DNA of 64,000 bases from Bacteroidales bacterium (GTDB lineage: Bacteria; Bacteroidota; Bacteroidia; Bacteroidales; VadinHA17), in the NCBI GenBank assembly GCA_963668715.1, contig OY764960.1, positions 2,511,602 through 2,575,601 of the forward strand. The letters are read 5' to 3'. The position numbers and the translations under genes were made by a program. Below the pieces are notes generated by a model that saw only the letters and a list, made by a program, of their open reading frames with translations, was not told where the DNA came from and ran no database searches. Positions 8,616 through 18,648 of this stretch are shown here, piece by piece. How positions within the stretch are numbered: the stretch's first letter is position 1; every line of letters starts with the position of its first letter.

Positions 8616-9230
8616 ATGTACAGGCAACTGATTTATATTATATTATTTTCTGTTTTTATAGTACCGGTCAGAGGACAGGATACTGTTAAAAATAAAAAGG
8701 ATAGCCTGCCTGACAGGTTCTACCTGCTGGAAAATGTTATGCGGGAAGGAGAGACCTTGCCGGAAGTTGAGATTGATGAGGTTAAGGTGGTCAGAAAGAT
8801 GGGTGTCAGGGGACGGTTCAGATGGTGGAAATACCGCAGGCTTGTATATAATGTAAAGAAAGTATACCCTTATTCTATTGTGGTAAGGGAGACATTTGCA
8901 GAAATAAACGACACGCTTCGGCTGATAGAAGATGATAAGGAAAGAAGAAAATTCCTGAGAGAATTTGAAACTGATCTTTTTGGCAAGTATGAAGACGATA
9001 TAAAGCATATGACCATAACCCAGGGAAAGATACTTATCAAGTTAATAGACAGGGAAACACAGAATACTTCCTATGATCTTATAAAGGAATACAGCGGATC
9101 CGTATCAGCCGTCTTCTGGCAGGGCCTGGCGCGTTTGTTCGGGTCTAACCTTAAGGCGGAATATGATCCGGATGATGAAGATTACCTGATAGAAAAAGTT
9201 ATTTACGAGATAGAGAACGGGAGGCTGTAA
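8616..9230 (+). CDS. DUF4294 domain-containing protein (secreted, Bacteroidota-specific family)
   Basis: Signal peptide. Family-typical segments: LPEVEIDEVKVV, YRRLVYNVKKVYPY, MTITQGKILIKLIDRETQNTSYDLIKEY. Confidence 0.7.
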   Translation: MYRQLIYIILFSVFIVPVRGQDTVKNKKDSLPDRFYLLENVMREGETLPEVEIDEVKVVRKMGVRGRFRWWKYRRLVYNVKKVYPYSIVVRETFAEINDTLRLIEDDKERRKFLREFETDLFGKYEDDIKHMTITQGKILIKLIDRETQNTSYDLIKEYSGSVSAVFWQGLARLFGSNLKAEYDPDDEDYLIEKVIYEIENGRL

Positions 9231-9288
9231 AGGCACTAAAGGCTATAGAGGCTTTAAAGGCTAAAGGGGCTTTTTAGCCGGAATTATT

Positions 9289-9939
9289 TTATTTCTTGAT
9301 TAATTCAATAATTGCTTTTATCACGTTATCTGCGCCGTTGTATATATCGGAGATGTCCGAATCAATCATATAACAGGGATTGGTAACTATCCTGTTTGAA
9401 TTGTCCACAACTATCTCTCCGGGTCCTGTTTCAATATGAATGGCGCCAAGTTTTTCGATATCGGAGGCAGTGCCTGCATCTTTCCCTATTGTAACATCAA
9501 TACCGTCGAAGACTCCGGCAAGTAAAACGGGCGAGATACATAAGGCTCCTATCGGTTTGCCTGCTTTATATGTCGATACAAGTGCATCTTCAACCTGCCT
9601 GTTAACCGAAAAATCAGCTCCGTCAAAAGCATATGTGCACAGGTTCTTGGCTACACCGAACCCTCCCGGCAATATCAGCGCATCATAGTCATCTGCCTTG
9701 TAGGCGGTTAGAGCCTTTATATTACCCCTTGCTATACGCGCCGACTCGACAAGGACATTTCTTTTTTCATTGGTTTCTTCACCTGTAAGGTGATTAATAA
9801 CATGAGACTGTGGAATATCTGGTGCGAATATGTCATATGTAGCTTCATTTCTTACGATGGCAAGCATGGTCATTGTTGATTCGTGGATCTCGGCTCCGTC
9901 ATAGACCCCGCATCCTGATAGTATTATTGCAAATTTCAT
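9289..9939 (-). CDS. elbB: Isoprenoid biosynthesis glyoxalase ElbB (DJ-1/PfpI superfamily)
   Basis: MKFAIILSGCGVYDGAEIHESTMTMLAI...LILPGGFGVAKNL...PIGALCISPV. The start is set at the ATG at 9939. The track's 16-codon N-terminal extension is not family-like. Confidence 0.85.
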   Translation of the reverse strand: MKFAIILSGCGVYDGAEIHESTMTMLAIVRNEATYDIFAPDIPQSHVINHLTGEETNEKRNVLVESARIARGNIKALTAYKADDYDALILPGGFGVAKNLCTYAFDGADFSVNRQVEDALVSTYKAGKPIGALCISPVLLAGVFDGIDVTIGKDAGTASDIEKLGAIHIETGPGEIVVDNSNRIVTNPCYMIDSDISDIYNGADNVIKAIIELIKK

Positions 9940-9980
9940 TTGATTTTGAACTTTGGTTTCCATAAAAATATGAAATTTTA

Positions 9981-10219
9981 ATAACAAAGACGAACGGTTA
10001 GCCTCCAGTCGGCAATCTGCAGCCCACAGTCTTCAGTCGCAAGGTTTATTTGTTGAGCTGTTAAGTTGTTTATGTCTCGTTACTTATAACCTTCGCTGGC
10101 GCGGATCTCTCCCCGTCCGCCAAAGCTTCATCGTAGGCGGAAGATCCGTGCCTATCACTCACCATTCTCTATTATTCCATTACTCCATCGTTCCATTGTT
10201 CCAGTATTCCATCCTTCCT
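9981..10219. repeat. Mosaic intergenic repeat, locus C (with full hairpin core at 10095-10152)
   Basis: ATAACAAAGACGAACGGTTAGCC, then cagtc words, then GTTGAG/GTTAAG words. The core is GCTGGCGCGGATCTCTCCCCGTCCGCCAAAGCTTCATCGTAGGCGGAAGATCCGTGCC. A CATTCC/CCAT word array follows and abuts the stop codon at 10220. Confidence 0.9.
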
Positions 10220-11488
10220 TTAGAAGGTAACAAACATCAATACCGGATTATCATTTTCAGAAAGCCTGTTTGCAAGTTCTTCAAGTTGTTCTTTCCTGTA
10301 AGCATACTTAGGGGTACTGTTCCTGAAATTTTCACTGGCAATATGTTCTTTGAGCTCTTTTGCTGAGACTATCATTATCATGGTTGAATCGTTTACTGTT
10401 TTTACAGGAAAAAACCTTGGACCGCCATCAATATCGTTATAGATGCCTGAAGTATACAGAGGATTATCCGTGTCGGTAGGTTTACAAAAAATCAGTTCGT
10501 TCTTGTTTTTATCAAATATACCAAGACAATCTGTTATATTTGTTATAACCGGGTTCCCTCCCTGAGATGTTGATTGTTTGGGTGTAAGCCTTTTTGCGGG
10601 GAAACGATTGTCATAATTAACTTTCAGAAACAGATAATTTTCAGTTTCAAAGATGTCTTCAACGGCAATAAAATCATTCATCTTCTGAAAATATTCGTAA
10701 AAGTTACTCCTTACCGTTTCTGGCATTTTCAGGTTTCCCATATCAAATGAATAACGGGGAGAAAGTTTATAATTTTCATCGAGAGAAAATAGAGTATCGG
10801 TAAATTGTTCCTTGAAAGAAAGAGTTCCGGCAAACTCATATACCTGTGTTGAGCCTCCGTTTATTCTTGAACCTTTGATTTCCAGTATGTCATGATTGGT
10901 AAATGACTGTTTGATTTCCCCTTGCATATTAACTAGCATTGCTTTTGTTTCCGTTTGTCCGTCATCATTAGTTATGTGGCCGAAGATCAGCGAGTCGTCA
11001 ACAATATCCCAAGGTTCGAGTAGATGTTTTCCGCCAAAGGACAGGGCTTTAGGGTATTTATTTTCAAAGTCTCCGTCTGTATTAAACACGAATAAGTCAT
11101 ACGTACTGCTGAAATATATTTTATTTCCAACAATAGAGAGGTTCTCAACAGACTGGTATTCTTCAGGTCCTCGTCCTCCGTGGCCAAATCTCCTGATAAA
11201 TTTCCCTGACCTGTCGAACAGTACCAGAGACAATTTCCTGTCGGAAGTCAGGATATGCTCCTCAGAAATGTCAAAATTCAGGTAGTCTCCAAGTACGAGT
11301 TCAGGATTTGTTTCAAGAGGAATGTATTTAATTTCATCTGCAAACCGGCTTAGATTGATCTGTTTCATGTTATTAATATTACCTGCAATATCAATATTCC
11401 TGATTACCTGTTTCTGTGATTGATCATTGTTGCAGGCGACAAATATTATTACTAATAAGAAAGGTGTAATAATTTTTAAGTATTTCAT
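10220..11488 (-). CDS. 6-bladed beta-propeller lipoprotein (BF3164/TolB-like family)
   Basis: Lipoprotein signal MKYLKIITPFLLVIIFVAC at the ATG at 11488. Family-like segments: IKYIPLETN and FDRSGKFIRRFGHGGRGPEEY. The track's upstream extension runs into repeat locus D. Confidence 0.6.
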   Translation of the reverse strand: MKYLKIITPFLLVIIFVACNNDQSQKQVIRNIDIAGNINNMKQINLSRFADEIKYIPLETNPELVLGDYLNFDISEEHILTSDRKLSLVLFDRSGKFIRRFGHGGRGPEEYQSVENLSIVGNKIYFSSTYDLFVFNTDGDFENKYPKALSFGGKHLLEPWDIVDDSLIFGHITNDDGQTETKAMLVNMQGEIKQSFTNHDILEIKGSRINGGSTQVYEFAGTLSFKEQFTDTLFSLDENYKLSPRYSFDMGNLKMPETVRSNFYEYFQKMNDFIAVEDIFETENYLFLKVNYDNRFPAKRLTPKQSTSQGGNPVITNITDCLGIFDKNKNELIFCKPTDTDNPLYTSGIYNDIDGGPRFFPVKTVNDSTMIMIVSAKELKEHIASENFRNSTPKYAYRKEQLEELANRLSENDNPVLMFVTF

Positions 11489-11595
11489 TTGAATATTTTT
11501 TAACCCGTATATGGATAATGTTTCCGGCAAGATGAACGCATATAGTGCTAAAACAAGTATAAATTTTCTTTTATGCCTCAATATTGCCTTTAAAG

Positions 11596-12200
11596 ATAAC
11601 AAAAACGAACAGCTAACCCTTCGACAGGCCCTTCGATGGGCTCAGGACAAGCGACGAACGGCAAAAGACGAAAGACTAAAGACAAAAGGAAAAAGTCTAC
11701 AGTCTACAGTCCGCAGTCGGCAAATGTTAATTGGTATATTTGTTAGTTGGTTGATTGGTATATTCGTTTTATTTGAGTTGTGTTAGTTCATAGCTTTTTA
11801 GTTATTCAGTTAACAGTAATTCATTATCTCATCTCTCTGTCTTCTGTCTAATTCCTGATCCCTAATCCCCAGTCCCTTTTGTTGGTGCGGATCTCTCTCC
11901 GTCCGCCGCCTCCGTCGGCCATAGGTTGACTTCGGCGACCGGAGGCCGAAGCTTCAGCGCAGGCGGAAGATCCGTGCCTGTTCATATCTGTTAACCACTC
12001 ACCCATATAAATTCATTCTAAACTCATTCTTTCTCAACCTTGTAAACTATTTTCCCTTTAGTCTTTTGTCGTTAGCCTTTTGTCTTTATTGGTATAGGAA
12101 TGATTAATTAACAGGCATTTAATACTATATAAACTCATTTTAAACTCATTCTCAACTTTCTCAACCTTGTAAACTATTTTCTCTTTAGTCTTTTGTTTTT
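11596..12200. repeat. Mosaic intergenic repeat, locus D (largest composite; hairpin core at 11881-11978 with nested insert)
   Basis: Contains nearly every module: ATAACAAAAACGAACAGCTAACCC; the purine-rich GACGAAAGACTAAAGACAAAAGGAAAAAGTC; TACAGTC words; CAAATGTTAATTGGTATAT; GTTAG/GTTGA words; TAATCCC words; the core; the AAACTCATTCT..CTCAACCTTGTAAAC module twice (12020-12087 and 12141-12200), each followed by the pyrimidine-rich TTTAGTCTTTTGT end module. Confidence 0.9.
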
Positions 12201-12254
12201 ATATTCACCATGTCATTAAATTTGTTATATGATAGTATATAAAAGTAAGGCATA

Positions 12255-12824
12255 ATGAAACGTATTTTTATAGCTATTGATATAAAGAATAAGAAAGCTT
12301 TAACAACACTGGTTAATTCATATAAGGAACAACTTAAGGCTGAGAAGATAAGATGGGTTAACATGTCAAACATACATCTGACCCTTGCTTTTCTGGGTGA
12401 TAAGGATAAAAAGGAGATAGTTAAGACAGAGGAGCTGATGTTTGAGACCGCAGGTAAATTTACCCCTTTTGAAATAGAATTTTCCAGAACAGGGGTGTTC
12501 AGGGATATCAGGCATCCCAGGGTTATATGGCTGGGTTTGACTGCGCCCGCTACCATGTTCGAACTCAGGAAATATATGTGTGACCGGCTCCGGGAGCATG
12601 GCCTTTACAGTGATAGCAAACCATTTAAGCCTCATATAACACTGGGAAGGATGAATTATATAACTGATACCGGACGACTTTCCGGAATACTGGAACCGGA
12701 CAGGGCGGGCAGCCTGCCCTCTCAACACGTTGACGAACTTGTTTTATATGAAAGTATTCTTAAGCCTGGCGGGCCTGAATATCATGTCATTGCAAGGGCC
12801 GGGCTTAAACGCCTTTCCCGCTGA
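12255..12824 (+). CDS. thpR: RNA 2',3'-cyclic phosphodiesterase (2H phosphoesterase, ThpR/LigT)
   Basis: Carries the two H-x-T/S-x motifs HLTLAF and HITLGR at the expected spacing. 189 aa. Confidence 0.8.
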   Translation: MKRIFIAIDIKNKKALTTLVNSYKEQLKAEKIRWVNMSNIHLTLAFLGDKDKKEIVKTEELMFETAGKFTPFEIEFSRTGVFRDIRHPRVIWLGLTAPATMFELRKYMCDRLREHGLYSDSKPFKPHITLGRMNYITDTGRLSGILEPDRAGSLPSQHVDELVLYESILKPGGPEYHVIARAGLKRLSR

Positions 12825-14220
12825 AAATGGTAATCGTCGTATAGATAATGATTTTCAGATCGACATATAATGACATATTGTCCAGGTAGATAAGATCGTA
12901 ATCAAGTCTTTCTATCATTTGTTCTACGCTTGAGGCGTATCCGAATTTTACCTGTCCCCATGATGTTATTCCTGGCTTTATCCTGAGTAATAGTTTATAT
13001 CGTGGAGCTTCACTGATAATCTTATCGAGATAATACTTTCTTTCTGGTCTGGGCCCGACAATAGCCAGATCTCCCTTCAGTACATTTATAAAATTAGGTA
13101 TTTCATCCAGCCTGTGCCTCCTCATGAACTTTCCGATCCTGGTTACACGTTTATCATCCTGTGAAGACAGAAGGGGCCCATTGGGCTCCGCATCATCTGA
13201 CATCGATCTGAACTTATATAAGATAAAAGGCTTGCCGTGCTGGCCTATTCGTTCCTGCCTGTAAATAACCGGACCTTTGCCTGATAACTTAATTAGTATA
13301 GCCAGTGTGGCGGATACCGGAAGGAGTATAATAAATGCTGCAGCAGAGAAAAAATAATCACTTAGTTGTTTGATATTTCTCTCCCAGGCAGGGAGCGGGT
13401 CAGGATTAAGAAGGATCAGAGGCGTACCGAATATGGCGCTGGTTCTTATCCTGCCCAGCAGAATATCATGGATGCCTGGTATTGCCTTTACAATCAGACT
13501 ATGATTATTAAGCATATTAAGGATTCTTCCGATAATATCATTTTCACCCGGCTCTATTGCAATGATAACTTCTTCCGCACCCGTTTCATTTACTATCCTG
13601 TTGAGATCCTCAAGAGTACCCAACTCCGGAAGGTAATTTGCCAGTTCGTCGCCTCCTTCACCGCTTACAGTAATATATCCCGTAAACCGGTTGCCGGTTG
13701 ATTTTTTCTGGCTCAGTATTTTCTTATAAATATCTGTTGCACGTCCGTTACCGCCTATGATGATCGTATTGAAACCAAGCTTACCCTTATGTACCTTAAG
13801 TACTGTTGATGTTGTTATGATAAACCTTGGTATATATGACAGGGTAAATTGCAGCAGGAAGAGCATGGAAAAGGAAAGGTAATAATTTGTGTATTTGCTT
13901 ATTACATCATCAAGGATGAGGGCGAAAAAGAGTAGTATGCTTCCTGTAAGGGATATTATAAGTGTCTGTCCCAGATCTGTAAGACGTGATTTCCTTTGAG
14001 TATCTTTATAAAAGCCGGATATATAATGTAATATGAACCAAAACAAAGGAATGATAATCAGTCCTGTATATAACCTGTTGTCAGGAGAGATCGGCAGGCC
14101 GGGACCAAATAGTTTCTTCTCGATAACTATCTTCCTGAAAAAAAAGAATACAGTCCATGCCAGAGCCGAGGTGAAAATATCGGATGTAATATACAGGATT
14201 CTGAGACTTGTCTTATTCAT
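12805..14220 (-). CDS. Polyprenyl-phosphate glycosylphosphotransferase (WbaP/EpsB-type bacterial sugar transferase)
   Basis: N-terminal TM bundle. C-terminal sugar-transferase domain: LYKFRSM...DEIPNFINVLKGDLAIVGPRPERKYY...KPGITSWGQV. Confidence 0.85.
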   Translation of the reverse strand: MNKTSLRILYITSDIFTSALAWTVFFFFRKIVIEKKLFGPGLPISPDNRLYTGLIIIPLFWFILHYISGFYKDTQRKSRLTDLGQTLIISLTGSILLFFALILDDVISKYTNYYLSFSMLFLLQFTLSYIPRFIITTSTVLKVHKGKLGFNTIIIGGNGRATDIYKKILSQKKSTGNRFTGYITVSGEGGDELANYLPELGTLEDLNRIVNETGAEEVIIAIEPGENDIIGRILNMLNNHSLIVKAIPGIHDILLGRIRTSAIFGTPLILLNPDPLPAWERNIKQLSDYFFSAAAFIILLPVSATLAILIKLSGKGPVIYRQERIGQHGKPFILYKFRSMSDDAEPNGPLLSSQDDKRVTRIGKFMRRHRLDEIPNFINVLKGDLAIVGPRPERKYYLDKIISEAPRYKLLLRIKPGITSWGQVKFGYASSVEQMIERLDYDLIYLDNMSLYVDLKIIIYTTITIFSGKGV

Positions 14221-14368
14221 CTGTATGCCGGTTGTGACAATAAATAAAACTACCGGGTGCCATAATTATTATCATGTTTTATTAATCGGTTAAATATACG
14301 AGTATACCCTGATTATTCATGGAAGAATTATTGCTTTTATTATTTTTGTCAGGCATTAACGTTTAATA

Positions 14369-15028
14369 ATGGTATCATATCAGGATTCATTCCTTGCGAA
14401 AGGGAAAAGGCAAAAATTAATTGACAGTCTGAGGGAAAAGGGCATCAGGGATGAAAACGTCCTGGAAGCAATGAACAAGGTTCCCAGACATGTATTCATG
14501 GACAATGCTTTTTTGCATCATGCATACCAGGATAAAGCATTTCCAATATCCTCGGGACAAACGATATCGCAGCCGTATACAGTGGCTTTTCAGACCGAAC
14601 TGCTCAATATCAGAAAGCGGGACAAGGTACTTGAGATAGGTACGGGTTCAGGCTACCAGGCTGCCATACTGATTGAAATGGGAGCAAGGGTATATACCAT
14701 AGAAAGGCACAGGGAATTGTTTAACAAAGCCCAGAAAACATTATCAAGACTTGGCTATAATGCACATTTTTTTCATGGGGACGGACATCAGGGCAAACCG
14801 CAATACGGGCCTTATAATGCAATACTTATAACTGCAGCGACAGAAGATATCCCGTCTGGGCTTATAGAGCAGCTTAAACCCGGCGGCTGTCTTGTAGCTC
14901 CGGTTGGAGGACAGCATAATCAGGTTATGACACGTGTCTGTAAGGATGAGAACGGCGAAATTACTGAAACAAACCATGGTTTGTTCATGTTTGTACCGAT
15001 GTTGAAAGGTACTGTAAATGATAAATGA
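14369..15028 (+). CDS. pcm: Protein-L-isoaspartate O-methyltransferase
   Basis: GQTISQPYTVAFQTELL and the SAM-binding motif VLEIGTGSGYQAAIL. Confidence 0.9.
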   Translation: MVSYQDSFLAKGKRQKLIDSLREKGIRDENVLEAMNKVPRHVFMDNAFLHHAYQDKAFPISSGQTISQPYTVAFQTELLNIRKRDKVLEIGTGSGYQAAILIEMGARVYTIERHRELFNKAQKTLSRLGYNAHFFHGDGHQGKPQYGPYNAILITAATEDIPSGLIEQLKPGGCLVAPVGGQHNQVMTRVCKDENGEITETNHGLFMFVPMLKGTVNDK

Positions 15029-15035
15029 ATACTAT

Positions 15036-15671
15036 ATGAAGATAAACCGTTTTGTGTTTTCGCCAATAAGGGTAAATACATACCTGATATCAGATGAGAA
15101 TGGTGATTGTGCCATTATTGACTGCGGATGTTACGATGAAACCGAATTTAGTGAATTAAAGAAATTCATTTCAGAAAACAGGCTTAATCCGGTAAAATTA
15201 CTTAACACTCATTTGCATCTTGATCATATTTTCGGCAACCGGTTTGTTAATAGCGAATACGGATTAAAGACTCATGCCAACAGAAATGAAGAAGAGAACC
15301 TTAATTCAGCGGTGACGACTGCAGGCCTGTTTGGACTCAGCATGCCTGAGCCGCCCGGAATAGGTAAATATATTGAAGCCGGTGATATTATTGAGATAGG
15401 AAATATTAAGCTTGAATGTATACCTGTGCCGGGACATACGAGAGGAAGTATAGCTTTTTATTGTGAGGATGAGCAGTTTGTTTTTTCAGGTGACGCATTG
15501 TTTGCCGGTAGTATAGGGAGAACTGATTTGCCCGGGGGCGACCATACGACACTGATAAACAGTATCAGAAACAATCTTTTCTGTCTGCCTGAAAATACAA
15601 CAGTCTTTCCCGGTCACGGCCCCTCTTCTACAATAGGAGCCGAAAGTGAAAATAATCCTTTTTTAACTTAA
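15036..15671 (+). CDS. MBL-fold metallo-hydrolase (glyoxalase II-like)
   Basis: HxHxDH motif (HLHLDHIFGN), plus PGHTRGS and later His/Asp ligands. I prefer the ATG at 15036 (MKINRF); the track start at 15018 is also possible. Confidence 0.8.
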   Translation: MKINRFVFSPIRVNTYLISDENGDCAIIDCGCYDETEFSELKKFISENRLNPVKLLNTHLHLDHIFGNRFVNSEYGLKTHANRNEEENLNSAVTTAGLFGLSMPEPPGIGKYIEAGDIIEIGNIKLECIPVPGHTRGSIAFYCEDEQFVFSGDALFAGSIGRTDLPGGDHTTLINSIRNNLFCLPENTTVFPGHGPSSTIGAESENNPFLT

Positions 15672-15770
15672 TACATAAGTATTATCTTTAGGATTCCTGA
15701 AATTTGAGATTCCGGAGTATATTGATTTACTAACCCGATTGAACTGGTAATAAATAAATAAGTTATAAAT

Positions 15771-18641
15771 ATGGCATTTGATAAATTTGTAAACAGACAT
15801 ATTGGGCCACGTGATGCGGAAGTTTCCCGTATGCTTGAAACCGTTGGCACCGATTCGTTGGAAGGACTGATAAGGGAAACCGTTCCTTCATCTATTATGC
15901 TGGAAAAACCGCTTGATCTTCCTGATGGTATGAGTGAGTATGAATATCTGGAACGGATCAGGGCAATAGGCTCAATGAATAAACAGTACCGTTCGTTTAT
16001 CGGTATGGGTTATTACAGGACAGCTTCACCCTCTGTTATTATCAGAAACGTGCTGGAAAATCCGGGATGGTATACATCCTATACCCCTTATCAGGCCGAG
16101 ATATCACAGGGAAGACTGGAGGCGCTTCTTAATTATCAGACAATGGTCAGCGAGCTGACAGGTGTTGAGATTGCCAATGCTTCTCTTCTGGATGAAGCCA
16201 CAGCAGGAGCGGAGGCTATGATCATGATGTATAATGCACGATCCAGGGCTGCTGTAAAGGAGGGGGTGAATAGACTGTTCATTGACGAGAAGATCTTTCC
16301 GCAGACTCTTGATGTTGTAATCACAAGAGCTGAACCATTAGGTATTGAACTGGTGATGGGTGATTTCAGGGAACAGGTTATCGATTCTTCCTTCTTTGGC
16401 ATAATCCTGCAATACCCCTCCGCTGATGGTGATATAAGAGATTATAGTAGTTTTGTTGAGAAAACACATGATGCCGGTGCCCTGGTCGCAGTGGCATCAG
16501 ACCTGATGAGCCTTGTCCTTATAACTCCCCCGGGAGAATGGGGGGCAGACATAGTATTCGGTTCTAACCAGCGCTTTGGAATTCCTCTGGGATATGGTGG
16601 CCCGCATGCCGGCTTTTTTGCTGCACGCGAATCATTAAAACGCAGTATGCCAGGAAGGATTATAGGTGTGTCTGTTGACATGAACGGCAAGCCTGCTCTC
16701 AGGATGGCCCTGCAGACAAGAGAACAGCATATAAAAAGGGAAAGGGCTACTTCAAATATTTGTACAGCCCAGGCTTTGCTTGCTAATATGAGCGGCATGT
16801 ATGCCCAGTATCACGGACCGGAAGGACTGAAAAAAATAGCATCGTATATACACAGTTGTACCTGTGCTTTGAAACAAACACTGGATAGTCTCGGATATAA
16901 TATAGCCAATGATCAGTTTTTTGATACTCTTGACATAAGACTACCCGAAGGGGTTGACCCAGAAAAGGTTAAAGAATCAGCACTGAAGAAAAAGATCAAT
17001 CTCAATTTCTTTTACAGAGATAAAGTGATGCTTAGCCTTGATGAAGTGACCACACTGGATGAAATAAACGATCTGATAGAGGTGTTTGCCGAAGCCGCCG
17101 GCAGGAAGGCAGAAAAACTGAATGATATCAGTGATAAAACCTGCATCGGCAGTAAGTTCCTCAGGAACTCCGGATTCCTTGCCCAGGAGGCATTCAACAG
17201 GTATCATAGCGAAACAGCTATGATGAGGTATCTGAAAATGCTGGAAGGAAGGGATATTTCTCTTAACTATAGTATGATACCTCTGGGTTCCTGTACTATG
17301 AAACTGAATCCGGCAACTTCCATGTTCCCTCTCAGCTGGCCTGAATTCGGGAATATACATCCTTTTGTGCCTGAAGATCAGGCTGAAGGCTATCATGTTA
17401 TAATGGAAGAGCTTGGCTCGGCTTTGAAAAAGATCACAGGGTTTGATGCAGTTACATTCCAACCTAACTCAGGCGCTGCAGGCGAATACGCCGGACTTAC
17501 GGTAATACGGCAATATCACCTGAACAGGGGTGAAGGTCACAGGAATATTGTCCTTATCCCTTCTTCTGCTCATGGCACAAACCCTGCAAGCGCTGTTATG
17601 GCAGGGATGGAAGTAGTGGTTGTGGACTGTGACGAGAATGGTAATGTTGATGTTGAAGACCTGGAAAGAAAAGCTGTTGATCATAAAGCAAGGCTTGCAG
17701 CGTTTATGATAACCTATCCTTCGACACATGGCGTGTTCGAGGAAGCTATTGTTGAGATGACAAAGATAATACACCAAAATGGCGGTCAGGTATACATGGA
17801 TGGAGCTAATATGAATGCGATGGTGGGATTATCGAATCCTGCCAGGATAGGAGCCGATGTATGCCATCTTAACCTTCATAAGACATTTGCTATACCACAT
17901 GGAGGAGGAGGACCGGGTGTAGGGCCCATATGCGTTGCTTCTCACTTGTCTGAGTTCCTGCCCTCACATCCTGTTATTGCCACAGGAGGGGAGAACGGAT
18001 CGACAGCAGTGGCTGCAGCACCCTTCGGCTCAGCGCATATACTTACAATTTCACATGCCTATATTTCTATGCTAGGCGAGGAAGGACTTACAAAATCAAC
18101 TAAAATGGCTATCCTGAATGCTAATTACCTGGCATCAGCAATAAAAGAACATTTTGACGTGCTTTACAAAGGGAAGAATGGAAGGGTAGCACATGAGATG
18201 ATAGTTGATTGCAGGAAATTCAAAAATGAAGCGGGAATAACCGAGGAAGATATTGCCAAGCGACTGATGGATTACGGATTTCATGCGCCCACACTCTCTT
18301 TCCCTGTACATGGCACACTGATGGTTGAACCAACAGAAAGTGAGCCTCTTAATGAACTGGATCGTTTTGTGGAGGCGATGAGATCAATATGGAATGAGAT
18401 CATGGAGGTGAAAAACGGAGATGCTGATAAAGAAGATAATGTGCTTCATAATTCTCCGCATACAGCCGCTATGCTGATATCAGATGACTGGAATCATAAA
18501 TACAGCAGGAAGAAAGCAGCATATCCGGTTGACAGACTGGCAGATAATAAATTCTGGCCTTTGGTGGGGAGAATAGACAACGGGTATGGCGACAGGAACC
18601 TTGTATGTACCTGCGACCCTATAGACTCTTACAGGTACTGA
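15771..18641 (+). CDS. gcvP: Glycine dehydrogenase (aminomethyl-transferring), single-chain P-protein
   Basis: 956 aa. NPGWYTSYTPYQAEISQGRLEALLNYQTMV and the PLP-lysine region HLNLHKTFAIPHGGGGPG. Confidence 0.95.
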   Translation: MAFDKFVNRHIGPRDAEVSRMLETVGTDSLEGLIRETVPSSIMLEKPLDLPDGMSEYEYLERIRAIGSMNKQYRSFIGMGYYRTASPSVIIRNVLENPGWYTSYTPYQAEISQGRLEALLNYQTMVSELTGVEIANASLLDEATAGAEAMIMMYNARSRAAVKEGVNRLFIDEKIFPQTLDVVITRAEPLGIELVMGDFREQVIDSSFFGIILQYPSADGDIRDYSSFVEKTHDAGALVAVASDLMSLVLITPPGEWGADIVFGSNQRFGIPLGYGGPHAGFFAARESLKRSMPGRIIGVSVDMNGKPALRMALQTREQHIKRERATSNICTAQALLANMSGMYAQYHGPEGLKKIASYIHSCTCALKQTLDSLGYNIANDQFFDTLDIRLPEGVDPEKVKESALKKKINLNFFYRDKVMLSLDEVTTLDEINDLIEVFAEAAGRKAEKLNDISDKTCIGSKFLRNSGFLAQEAFNRYHSETAMMRYLKMLEGRDISLNYSMIPLGSCTMKLNPATSMFPLSWPEFGNIHPFVPEDQAEGYHVIMEELGSALKKITGFDAVTFQPNSGAAGEYAGLTVIRQYHLNRGEGHRNIVLIPSSAHGTNPASAVMAGMEVVVVDCDENGNVDVEDLERKAVDHKARLAAFMITYPSTHGVFEEAIVEMTKIIHQNGGQVYMDGANMNAMVGLSNPARIGADVCHLNLHKTFAIPHGGGGPGVGPICVASHLSEFLPSHPVIATGGENGSTAVAAAPFGSAHILTISHAYISMLGEEGLTKSTKMAILNANYLASAIKEHFDVLYKGKNGRVAHEMIVDCRKFKNEAGITEEDIAKRLMDYGFHAPTLSFPVHGTLMVEPTESEPLNELDRFVEAMRSIWNEIMEVKNGDADKEDNVLHNSPHTAAMLISDDWNHKYSRKKAAYPVDRLADNKFWPLVGRIDNGYGDRNLVCTCDPIDSYRY

Positions 18642-18648
18642 GATAACC

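Noticed and set aside
10095-10152. Could the bulged hairpin cores be integron attC-like recombination sites?
   Set aside because: There is no integron integrase, no cassette-like promoterless ORF array and no GTTRRRY-type boundaries. The flanking genes are core housekeeping genes.
11511-11786. ORF-track entries lying in the repeats: 11511-11786 (+), 25264-25506 (-), 25271-25603 (+), 33369-33572 (+), 10148-10366 (+), 27767-28168 (-).
   Set aside because: Their 'proteins' are translations of the purine-rich and word-array repeat modules (KDERLKTKGK, HYSIVPLFQYSILP and the like), or they span divergent promoter regions. They are not coding.
15672-15770. Is there a glycine riboswitch upstream of gcvP?
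   Set aside because: The 99-bp AT-rich spacer lacks the conserved GGAGAG...CACCG...GGGGCAA-type elements of the glycine aptamer.
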